From Candidatus Methanomethylophilaceae archaeon (GTDB lineage Archaea > Thermoplasmatota > Thermoplasmata > Methanomassiliicoccales > Methanomethylophilaceae), in contig JAFUHJ010000120.1 of NCBI GenBank assembly GCA_017468935.1, positions 4,567 to 68,566 of the forward strand: a DNA stretch of 64,000 nt. Direction: 5' to 3'. The notes under the pieces are model-generated. The model made no database searches. It saw only the letters and a program-made list of their open reading frames with translations, and was not told the origin of the DNA. Shown here piece after piece: positions 18,517 to 27,240 of this stretch. A program made the position numbers and the translations under genes. How positions within the stretch are numbered: position 1 is the first letter of the stretch; every line of letters starts with the position of its first letter.

Positions 18517-20175
18517 TCAGAACATGGTACCCTTGCGGTCGTTGATGATGGGATCGAGATTCAATTCCATGAACGCAACGGGGTGTGTTATCTCGTAACC
18601 AGTGACGACATCGATGGCCATCTCTCCGAACATGCCTATGGGTTCGCCCTTGTAATAGATCTCTGCTCCGCGTCCTTCGATGAACGTCTTGATATCCGTG
18701 TTCCTGAGCTCGTACTCGCATCCCATCTCCCTGAGGACAGATTCCGTGATGGATTTGATCTCAGTGAAGGAGACCTTAGATGCCGTGTACATGGCGCAGA
18801 GACGGACCTGTATGAGATTGTCCCTGACCACATTTCCGACCTCGAATATCCTCTGGGGGAGATCGCGGTGCTTGTTGTGCCTCAGGATGTTCATCAGACT
18901 GGGCATAAGATAGGACCTCAGGCATGTGACATCCTCTGTTATGGGGTTGAGGACCCTGACGTTCTCCACATGAGGGAGCTTTGAGATCTCGAACTCGTCC
19001 TTGTCGTTGATCAAGGTGAGGGTCATGACCTCCATGAACCCGAGCCCTACCATTATATCCCTGACATCCTCGGAGAATGCGTTGGCCGGCTCGAGACCTC
19101 CGAACGTCTGTTTGAGCGAGTATTCTCCTCCGAAGTTCTCGAATCCGTATCCGATACCGACATCCTCGAAGAGATCGACCTTATGCATGATGTCGAGCCT
19201 GTATGCGGGGACCACAACGTTGACGGTGTCCCCTTTGGCATCCGCATCCATTCCCATCTTCTTCAATGCCGTGACCATGTCCTCCGGGATCAGTTTCGTT
19301 CCTAGGTACTTGTTGCACTCCTCTGCTGAGATGCTGTACTTAGAAGGTGTGAGATCGGGCGACTGGAATGACTCCTTGCCCTCATGCATGGTGACGGATT
19401 CGATCTTTCCTCCGCGCTCGGCCAGGGATGTGCAGACCAGGTCCAATGCCCCTTTCACGGCCTTGCGGTCGAATCCGGTGACATCGATGAACAGATTGTG
19501 CGTCTCGGTGGTGACTGTTGTCAACGCACCGTTTATGATCGGAGGGAACGACAGGACCTGATTGTCCCTGTCGAGAATGATCGGGTACTGTTTGTATCCT
19601 TCCAAGAGATGAGCGTAATCGCGACCCTTCTCGTGTTTGGTGAGAATCTCCTCCATGTCCATCTCCTCCGTCTTCGCGAGAGGGACGAATCTTATGGAGT
19701 GCGGGTCCGCTAGCCTGTACGTGAACGGACCGTTCACCTTGTCGAGATCATGGATACCGATCGCGAGCTTCTTCCTCTTCCTTCCGATGGTCGTGTGCAG
19801 CTTCTCCTGCATCTCCATGATCGATTTCAGCATGTTGTCGCTGATGTTGACTCCCCTCACGACACCGCAAAGGAAGTATGGTCTGACGTTCTTGACCGAA
19901 TCGTCGATATATACGTCGATATCGGATTTGGAAACATCGTATGTCTTGAGACCGGTCTCTATACCGAGGAAGGCCCTGAGTCCCCTTGCCGTGCCTTCGA
20001 CGCTGTAAAGGTCTGGACGGTCCGGGAAGAATTCGACTGACATATCGTCGGAGCCGGCCTCGGCGTGTTCGATATCGGCCCCGATCATGGGGATCCTCTC
20101 AGCGAGAGTGTCCATGGGGATCTCCTGTCCGATGATGGAGCACAGGTCGCTGTACTTGAAGTTTATTACAGGCAT
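18517..20175 (-). CDS. pheT: phenylalanine--tRNA ligase beta subunit (archaeal type)
   Basis: 552 aa. MPVINFKYSDL... with B3/4 and B5 domain pattern and an archaeal/eukaryal-type C-terminal catalytic-like domain. Confidence 0.9.
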   Translation of the reverse strand: MPVINFKYSDLCSIIGQEIPMDTLAERIPMIGADIEHAEAGSDDMSVEFFPDRPDLYSVEGTARGLRAFLGIETGLKTYDVSKSDIDVYIDDSVKNVRPYFLCGVVRGVNISDNMLKSIMEMQEKLHTTIGRKRKKLAIGIHDLDKVNGPFTYRLADPHSIRFVPLAKTEEMDMEEILTKHEKGRDYAHLLEGYKQYPIILDRDNQVLSFPPIINGALTTVTTETHNLFIDVTGFDRKAVKGALDLVCTSLAERGGKIESVTMHEGKESFQSPDLTPSKYSISAEECNKYLGTKLIPEDMVTALKKMGMDADAKGDTVNVVVPAYRLDIMHKVDLFEDVGIGYGFENFGGEYSLKQTFGGLEPANAFSEDVRDIMVGLGFMEVMTLTLINDKDEFEISKLPHVENVRVLNPITEDVTCLRSYLMPSLMNILRHNKHRDLPQRIFEVGNVVRDNLIQVRLCAMYTASKVSFTEIKSITESVLREMGCEYELRNTDIKTFIEGRGAEIYYKGEPIGMFGEMAIDVVTGYEITHPVAFMELNLDPIINDRKGTMF

Positions 20176-20235
20176 GAATCCTCGATAATAAATCCCCGAT
20201 TTATATTATCGCGCACGCCTACCGCGCATCGGAAC

Positions 20236-21579
20236 TCAAATATCGATATCCAGAACGAATTCCAGGGTGTAGTAGGGATACTTCTCTTGTACCTCGGCCT
20301 TTATCTGCTCGAATATGGAATCACGATCCTTGGCGTTGTAATCGATGATCATGTCAAGATTCATGACCCTCTTTACCGGATCCAGTCTGAATCCGTGGGC
20401 CTGGATGACCTCAGGGTGTGAAAATACGATGTCCAGAACGGTGTCACGGATCGCTTTGGCACGCGGGTTGTTGTCTATGGTGTATATCCCCACTGCGGCG
20501 ATCAGCACTTTATGCTTCTCGGCCACCCTCCTCACGATCCTGCGCTGCATCGTGTCCAATTCCACTGCGGTCATATCCCCGGGGACCTCGACATGCACGG
20601 AACCGACGATCCTGTTGGGGCCGTAGCTGTGAAGGATCAGATCGTACGCACCGTTGACATTCTCCTCCTCGCAGATCGTCTTCTTGATCTCTTCCACCAG
20701 CTCGTTGTCGGCACGGCGTCCGAGGATGTCATCCAATGCCTCGAATATCAATTCGAGACCTGCCTTCGCAATGAATATGGCGATGAGTATTCCCACATAT
20801 GCCTCAAGACTTATTCCGAATGCCATGAATATGATGGCGGATAACAGGACTGATGTGGACAGCAGCGAATCGTAGTATGCATCCTTTCCCGATGCCACCA
20901 GAGCGCTAGAGTTGACCTTCTTTCCGACTGATTGGAAATGGTTCCCCAGAGCGATCTTCATTAGGATGGCGACGAACATGATCCCCAAGGACAATGCTGA
21001 ATATGTCGCCTCTTCCGGTTCTAGGATCTTTTCCACCGAATCGATCAGGGCGGTTATACCGGCATACACGATGATGGCCGAGATGATCATCGTTGTCAGA
21101 TACTCTATCCTGCCGTACCCGAACGGATGATTCTTGTCAGGCTCCTTACCTGCGAGCTTCGTTCCGATGATGGTCACGACCGAGGACAGGGCATCCGTGA
21201 AGTTGTTGACCGCATCCAAAGTAATTGCTATAGAGTTGGTGAGCAGACCGAGCAGCGCCTTGACCGCCGCCAGCAATATGTTGGCGATTATCCCTACCAG
21301 ACTTGTCCTGACGACGATCTTCTCCCTGTATTCCATGTCTATCTTGTCAGGGATATCATCGGCAGACTTGCTTCCGGTGAGGAACCTGATGGGCATTATC
21401 GTCCCATCGGCCAGACGGTTGACGGGCTCCAGATTGTCATCTACAAAATTACGAACTGGTTCGATGGTCCCATCCGCTATACGGCGGACCTGCTCCGTCG
21501 TGTCGTCAGCGATACGCTTTACGGGTTCTATCGCCCCACTGGCCACCTTCTTGAATGACTTAATCGTGTCACCTACCAA
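20236..21579 (-). CDS. cation diffusion facilitator (CDF) transporter with N-terminal 11-residue repeat extension
   Basis: Six-TM core with LLTNSIAITLDAVNNFTDALSS and HPFGYGRIEY, plus a C-terminal cytoplasmic domain. TTG start. Five tandem 11-aa repeats lie at the N-terminus. Confidence 0.85.
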   Translation of the reverse strand: MVGDTIKSFKKVASGAIEPVKRIADDTTEQVRRIADGTIEPVRNFVDDNLEPVNRLADGTIMPIRFLTGSKSADDIPDKIDMEYREKIVVRTSLVGIIANILLAAVKALLGLLTNSIAITLDAVNNFTDALSSVVTIIGTKLAGKEPDKNHPFGYGRIEYLTTMIISAIIVYAGITALIDSVEKILEPEEATYSALSLGIMFVAILMKIALGNHFQSVGKKVNSSALVASGKDAYYDSLLSTSVLLSAIIFMAFGISLEAYVGILIAIFIAKAGLELIFEALDDILGRRADNELVEEIKKTICEEENVNGAYDLILHSYGPNRIVGSVHVEVPGDMTAVELDTMQRRIVRRVAEKHKVLIAAVGIYTIDNNPRAKAIRDTVLDIVFSHPEVIQAHGFRLDPVKRVMNLDMIIDYNAKDRDSIFEQIKAEVQEKYPYYTLEFVLDIDI

Positions 21580-22723
21580 GCGTCTTATGGGCCTGACCGA
21601 GCTGACCCGCGGCCTGAGCGGCCAATGTGGATAGTTCCCCGGCGAGAACGGTGGAGGCGACTATCTCCGATAGCTTCTTGGCCTTCCCGGCCCCGCTGCA
21701 TCCGATCATCTGAAGGGCCTCCTTTTGACATGGGAGTGCCGTTCCTCCTCCGACCGTGCCGACCTCGACCGTGGGCATGCGCACACATATGTACAGGTCC
21801 CCGTCGACGTCCTCGCATGTGGTGATGGTCATACTGCCTCCGACTACCTGCGCCGGATCCTGTCCGGTCGCGATATAGAGTGCCGCAACCATGTTAGCGG
21901 CGTGAGCATTGGCACCCAATGTGCCTGCGATGCTACTGCCTACCAGATTCTTCCTGTAGTTGGTTTCCACTATGGCGGAAGTGGTCGTGTGCAGCTTCTC
22001 CTTGACGATGTCCGACGGGATCGTGGCCTCTGCCACTACTGTCTTTCCCCTTCCGGAGATCATGTTGATCGCCGCCGGCTTCTTGTCAGAGCACATGTTC
22101 CCTGATACTGAGATCATCACGGCCCCGGTCTCCTTCTCGACCAGCCTGCAGACCGCTTCGGAGGCGATGGTGGCCATGTTCATACCCATGGCATCCGCTG
22201 TGTCGAAGGAGAGCCTCATGTACAGGCTCCTTCCGTCCGGGAAGAATTCCATATCGACCAGTCTTCCGTGGCTAGTCGTCTTAGAGACTTCTGCATCGAC
22301 GAGATCCATGTTGGCCTCTATCCAGTCCATTACCTTCTTGGAATGTTCGATGCCCTCCACCCTGAATACTGGTGCACGGGTCATGGCATCTGCAAAAACA
22401 GCGGACCTCACCCCTCCGGATGCATTGATGACGGACATCCCTCTGGATATGGAGGCCACCAGAGCACCCTCGGTAGTAGCCAACGGGATGAGGAACTCGC
22501 CTTTGGCGTATTCCCCTTCGATCCTGACCGGTCCCGCATACCCTAACGGTATCTGGACGGTACCGATCATATTCTCGATATTCTTCGAGGCCAATTCGGG
22601 ATCGAATCCGTAATTAGAGATAGTCTCGAGTTTCACTCCCGTGTACTCTTCTGCAGCGGAACGGCGTTCATCCGCATCCGCCTTCGTCTTTCCGCGGTTC
22701 TTGAGACCGACGATATCAGCCAT
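21569..22723 (-). CDS. hmgA: hydroxymethylglutaryl-CoA reductase
   Basis: PLATTEGALVASISRG, DAMGMNM, GNMCSDKKPAAIN and GTVGGGT are HMGR catalytic motifs. Confidence 0.92.
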   Translation of the reverse strand: MADIVGLKNRGKTKADADERRSAAEEYTGVKLETISNYGFDPELASKNIENMIGTVQIPLGYAGPVRIEGEYAKGEFLIPLATTEGALVASISRGMSVINASGGVRSAVFADAMTRAPVFRVEGIEHSKKVMDWIEANMDLVDAEVSKTTSHGRLVDMEFFPDGRSLYMRLSFDTADAMGMNMATIASEAVCRLVEKETGAVMISVSGNMCSDKKPAAINMISGRGKTVVAEATIPSDIVKEKLHTTTSAIVETNYRKNLVGSSIAGTLGANAHAANMVAALYIATGQDPAQVVGGSMTITTCEDVDGDLYICVRMPTVEVGTVGGGTALPCQKEALQMIGCSGAGKAKKLSEIVASTVLAGELSTLAAQAAGQLGQAHKTLGR

Positions 22724-22782
22724 GATACCATGCCGTATGCTCTTTGATTAAATTAAAGCATGTCCGATCCACTAGGACAGGA

Positions 22783-23187
22783 TCAGGATTTTGCTGTCTT
22801 CCCCGCCTTCTTTTTCTCCTTTCTCTTGCGGAGAAGGGTGAATATCAGCCAAACGATTACTATCGAGACCAACGGGATGATCGCACGGGTCACGTCACCC
22901 AGGATGTAATAGGCGACTATCATACCCAGGATCCCGAATACCCCGAACCATCTGAATACCGCACCGCCGCCCAACAGGAACATGAATCCTACCATGACCA
23001 TGAATATCAGGATCTGTATCAGGGTCTGGGAGCTTATGAACAGGAATCCGCTGTCACCTACGGCCTCTTTGATGTAGGGTATGATGTACGTGTCCGTTAT
23101 GTACGGCACCACTATGACGAACAGCAGGGTCATTGCCACGCCTGCCGAGAATTTGACTACTACTCCCATACGGCCCCGTAGAAGCAT
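22783..23187 (-). CDS. hypothetical membrane protein
   Basis: 134 aa with four hydrophobic helices and a lysine-rich C-terminal tail (RKRKEKKKAGKTAKS). No family recognised. Confidence 0.55.
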   Translation of the reverse strand: MLLRGRMGVVVKFSAGVAMTLLFVIVVPYITDTYIIPYIKEAVGDSGFLFISSQTLIQILIFMVMVGFMFLLGGGAVFRWFGVFGILGMIVAYYILGDVTRAIIPLVSIVIVWLIFTLLRKRKEKKKAGKTAKS

Positions 23188-23229
23188 CGGACATAAGACA
23201 TTTTACCTAGTTACGTCTACTCTGTTGCG

Positions 23230-23859
23230 ATGAGTTCGGACCCAGCGTTTGATGCGTGCAGCAAAGCGAAGAGACAGTATGACAGCGGCAACATTGAAGG
23301 TGCCGTGAACACCCTTGAGGATTATCTCAAGACTGACCCGCACAACTGCAAGGTCAGACTGCAGCTCGCCCAGCACATCCTATACGGCCTCAAGGATGAG
23401 AAGTACGGGCTCATGCAGTTGGATGCTGTCATGGATATCGACCCGGACTACGTGGATGGCCTGAAGGCCCAGATATCATACCTGGCCGAGAACAAGAAGT
23501 ATAACAAGGAGACCAACGAGAAATTCCAAAGGCTCCTTGAACTTGAACCCACGTCAGACATATACAACACTTATGCCAGATTCCTCAGGAATCAGATGAT
23601 CGACTTCCCCAAGGCGCAGGAATACTACGAGAAGGCGATCGCCATGAATCCCAACAAATTCGAATACCACCAGAATTACGCGGCACTGCTCCTAAACGAC
23701 ATCAAGGATTACCAGAAGGCCAAGGAGGAGCTCGAGATCCTGATGGAACTCAAGCCCGGCGACTGGAAGATCAAGGACAACTACAACCGTCTCCTCAGGG
23801 AAAAGTTCGACAAGAACGGCAACGTGAAGAAATCCAGATTCTCCTTCCTCAAGCGCTGA
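23230..23859 (+). CDS. TPR-repeat protein
   Basis: Repeated 34-aa A/Y/L patterns (AVNTLEDYLKTDPHN, AQEYYEKAIAMNPNK, AKEELEILMELKPGD). Confidence 0.75.
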   Translation: MSSDPAFDACSKAKRQYDSGNIEGAVNTLEDYLKTDPHNCKVRLQLAQHILYGLKDEKYGLMQLDAVMDIDPDYVDGLKAQISYLAENKKYNKETNEKFQRLLELEPTSDIYNTYARFLRNQMIDFPKAQEYYEKAIAMNPNKFEYHQNYAALLLNDIKDYQKAKEELEILMELKPGDWKIKDNYNRLLREKFDKNGNVKKSRFSFLKR

Positions 23860-23860
23860 A

Positions 23861-24361
23861 TCACAGTTTCTTGCCGCAGTGGATGCACTTCTTGACCTTG
23901 CGGTTGATGTATCCGCAGTGAGCGCACTGAGGCATACCCTCTATGGATAGGGCGTTGATGCCGTCCCCTCTCCATCCGGACCTGACGATGGCGGAATCGA
24001 TCTTCTCCCTGTCCGTGCTGAGCTCGTTGTTGTATCTCAGCATATCCTCGTTGAACATCAGGATGGCATCATCCCTCTCGTGGGCGATAACATCCTCCTT
24101 GTCGTAGATGTCCTGGATCTTGTCCAGTTTCTTCTGTGTCTTGACCCTGACCATCTCCACAGGCTGGGTCCTGAGGACACGGGACAGCTTCTTGATCTCC
24201 AGATCCATGGCGGAATGGAGTTGTTCGATCGTATAATCCTCGAAAGGACTGTATCCTAGAAGCCAATAGATGTTGAACCTGCGGTCGACATACAGTTCGT
24301 TACCGCCCTGCGGCATCTCGACCTGCTCCTTTTCCTCTTTCTTTCTTGAGAAGAATCCCAT
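23861..24361 (-). CDS. hypothetical protein with C-terminal zinc ribbon
   Basis: The C-terminus CAHCGYINRKVKKCIHCGKKL is a CxxC-x9-CxxC ribbon. ATG at 24361 (MGFFSRKKEEKE) chosen over the longer ORF. Divergent from the next gene. Confidence 0.5.
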   Translation of the reverse strand: MGFFSRKKEEKEQVEMPQGGNELYVDRRFNIYWLLGYSPFEDYTIEQLHSAMDLEIKKLSRVLRTQPVEMVRVKTQKKLDKIQDIYDKEDVIAHERDDAILMFNEDMLRYNNELSTDREKIDSAIVRSGWRGDGINALSIEGMPQCAHCGYINRKVKKCIHCGKKL

Positions 24362-24488
24362 GGATGGTGCAAGGCAGTTCCCCAAGTAAAAAGATATCAT
24401 CGGCTCCGCCAGACATAAAATGTCAAATAGGGCCTAACCCTAATTGTCCGTATCGACGGGGCATGTTCCGTCCGTTGGGGTATCATCG

Positions 24489-26213
24489 ATGGCCTACGAA
24501 AAGAAAGAGCGCAAGAGCGGTTCGAAGCATTTCGAGAAGAAGGACGCCGACAGGCCATACCGGAAGAACGATCAGGGTGACCACAGACCCCGCAGGGACG
24601 GAAAGGATTTTGGTAAAGGTCCTAAGAAGGACTTCGATAGAAGACCTCACGGAAGATCCGATGACCGCAGAAGAGGGAACGATCACGGCGGCCGTCCACG
24701 CAGGGAGTTCTCCGACAGGAAGGGAGAACGCCCGAGAAGGGAGGGTTTCGATAAGAGACGTCCCGAACCCAGGGATGAACCGCAGGAACCGAAGAAGATC
24801 CTACTCCCCCAGGACGCCTCGAGACTCCTTTACAGAGGTATCGACTGCTTGGAGAACGGGAATCCGGACCTGGCCATGGTAATGTTCCTTCACGGATCGG
24901 TCATGATGAGCGAGGGCTGCGAGAACAATGCGGACCGTATACTCAAGGAGACCGGCAAGACTGGATTCCAGGATCTCAGGGCAAGGATCGGCCCGCAGTG
25001 CAGCGAGGATGCCCTCATAGAGTATGAATATCTCTGCATATGCAGGGACAAGGGATTCGACCGCACATTCTTCGATAATGAGTATGGCAAAGGGAACATG
25101 CACGCCATCTACCGCAGGATATGCCTCGAAGAGATCGAGGCCGACGATCCGATCATCGACGATTTCGCATCCAGATACCCTGATGACGGCAAGAAGGTCA
25201 TGAAGGGCCTGGAACTGCTGAAGAGGAAGAAGGATTCCGAAATGGCGGCCGGACATCTCGAAAGGATCGAAGAGGGCATTAGGCTCAAACAGTCGGTATA
25301 TGTCATGTTCACGCGTGCGATGAACGGCGATGCCAGAGCGGTGAAGGAACTGAAACAGAACTCCAAGACCGTTCCCGAGGCAGCGTTCTTCAGTGAGTTC
25401 CTGTCCGCCAAGGCGGAAGGCAACCAGGTCGAATGGCTGAAGGCCAAGTACCCCCAGTACAGGGACCTCATCATCTCGAGGCAGGGCGAGTTCAAGATCC
25501 AGGACGATCCGTTCGGGATGTTCCTCAAGGCCAAGAACCTGGAGATGAAGAAGGAAGAGTACATGTCCGTCATGATGAACGCCGCAAGGGCGGGAAGTCC
25601 CGAGGCGATGGACGAACTCTCGAACAAGATGTTCAGGAACGATGTCAGGAAATGCCTTGCCGGGATCCACCTGAAGAACGGTGACCTCACCAACCTCATC
25701 ATAGTATACCAGGCCGGATTGGATGACATGTATTACCTGGACCAATACTGCGGCAGCGATCCCGATAGGATCCTGGAGGTCGGGAGGGAACTGGGCAAGC
25801 AGAGTGTGGCCAAGGAGATAGATTGGCTCAAGGACCACTACGACAAGGGCCTGGAGTTCTGCAGACAGGCGCTCGTGGATAAGTCGCTCGATGACTTCTA
25901 CCGCTCTAAGAAGATGATCTACGCCCTACATGACGTGGGTGCCGACAGGGAAGCCGCCGAACTGTATTTCGAGATGGAGGGCGACCCAGAAGTACCTTCG
26001 GTCAAATGGCTGAAAAAGGTCTGTGGATCCGACGACGTGAAGGAATACGTACGCAATCATTACGAAGCGAAGGGTGATATCGCTACGTTCGATTCCATAT
26101 TCGAGGACGACGGATATGAGAGGCGTCCTAAAAGATCGTCTGGCGGCCCTCGCAGATCCTTCGGGAAACCATCTGGTAAGAGACCTTTCAAAGGTCGCAG
26201 GGACCGTGACTGA
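24489..26213 (+). CDS. hypothetical helical-repeat protein with highly basic R/K/D/G-rich N- and C-terminal tails
   Basis: First ~100 aa: KKERKSGSKHFEKKDADRPYRKNDQGDHRPRRDGKDFGKGPKK...RRPEPRDEPQEPKK. Last ~35 aa: RRPKRSSGGPRRSFGKPSGKRPFKGRRDRD. The core is alpha-helical with degenerate Sel1/TPR-like segments. Confidence 0.6.
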   Translation: MAYEKKERKSGSKHFEKKDADRPYRKNDQGDHRPRRDGKDFGKGPKKDFDRRPHGRSDDRRRGNDHGGRPRREFSDRKGERPRREGFDKRRPEPRDEPQEPKKILLPQDASRLLYRGIDCLENGNPDLAMVMFLHGSVMMSEGCENNADRILKETGKTGFQDLRARIGPQCSEDALIEYEYLCICRDKGFDRTFFDNEYGKGNMHAIYRRICLEEIEADDPIIDDFASRYPDDGKKVMKGLELLKRKKDSEMAAGHLERIEEGIRLKQSVYVMFTRAMNGDARAVKELKQNSKTVPEAAFFSEFLSAKAEGNQVEWLKAKYPQYRDLIISRQGEFKIQDDPFGMFLKAKNLEMKKEEYMSVMMNAARAGSPEAMDELSNKMFRNDVRKCLAGIHLKNGDLTNLIIVYQAGLDDMYYLDQYCGSDPDRILEVGRELGKQSVAKEIDWLKDHYDKGLEFCRQALVDKSLDDFYRSKKMIYALHDVGADREAAELYFEMEGDPEVPSVKWLKKVCGSDDVKEYVRNHYEAKGDIATFDSIFEDDGYERRPKRSSGGPRRSFGKPSGKRPFKGRRDRD

Positions 26214-26252
26214 ACCTAATCAAAGGCGATAGCATTTATATACTGCTTATAA

Positions 26253-26813
26253 ATGCCTAGGAATATGTGGGACCTTCACGTACAGAACATTGTAGCATCA
26301 ACGCAACTTTCCGATGGATTCGATCTCAACAAGATCATGGAGGGTCTTACCGATTCAAAATACGACCCCCACACATTCCCGGGACTCGTTTACAGGGTCA
26401 AGGACCCCAAGACATCAGTCCTGCTGTTCAGATCCGGAAAGGCTGTCTTCACCGGTTCCACCGACCTGAAGATGCTTGAGGCCTCGGTCAACAAGGTCCT
26501 CACGGATCTCAGAGCGATCGGCCAGGACGTCTACGAGAACCCCAAAACCGAGATCCAGAACATGGTCTCATCGGCGGACCTCGGAAACGAGGTCAACCTC
26601 AACACCACTGCGATCACACTCGGACTTGAGAAGGTCGAATATGAGCCCGAGCAGTTCCCTGGTCTCGTGTACAGGATCAACGACCCCAAGGTCGTCATCC
26701 TTCTCTTCGGATCTGGTAAAATCGTCATCGCCGGTGCAAAGAGGATCGAGGAGGCAGGAAGAGCCGTCGACAACCTTGCCGAAGAGCTCAGAAGCGCCGG
26801 ACTCCTTCCGTGA
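26253..26813 (+). CDS. tbp: TATA-box binding protein
   Basis: Two direct repeats, each with FPGLVYR..P...LLF.SGK.V.TG. TATA-like ATTTATATA lies upstream at ~26233. Confidence 0.95.
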   Translation: MPRNMWDLHVQNIVASTQLSDGFDLNKIMEGLTDSKYDPHTFPGLVYRVKDPKTSVLLFRSGKAVFTGSTDLKMLEASVNKVLTDLRAIGQDVYENPKTEIQNMVSSADLGNEVNLNTTAITLGLEKVEYEPEQFPGLVYRINDPKVVILLFGSGKIVIAGAKRIEEAGRAVDNLAEELRSAGLLP

Positions 26814-26829
26814 AAAGAAACTACAATCC

Positions 26830-26852
26830 AAGGGCTGCCAAGAGCAGCCCTT
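26830..26852 (+). terminator. hairpin AAGGGCTGC-CAAGA-GCAGCCCTT + T-tract after tbp
   Basis: Perfect 9-bp stem followed by TCATTTTT. Confidence 0.6.
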
Positions 26853-27240
26853 TCATTTTTAACACAATTTGATTTTTTACCTTCAAAGTGCAGTGAGTCC
26901 GCATTAATTGGATGATATATCCATGTATTGATTCAGTCAATTTATGTGTCGTTTCTCTTCTTTAAGCAGAAATATATAATAATAAAGTAATCAGCTAAAT
27001 TTATAGCATAACGATTATATACTCGCTTTGATAATAAGATTCCTACAGGGATTCGGTCAGGCTGTAGAGTGCATCCCATCCCTTCTTATTGCTGACCGGT
27101 CCCCCAACCTTCATCATCTGCTCTTACAAGCAATATTATGCCGGCAATGTGACGTTTTGAGGCTTTTGTGATCTTTCATTTTCACCGACAAACACCCAAT
27201 ATCCTTTTTTACGCGTGCGCGTATAGACGGCTTGTTTACC

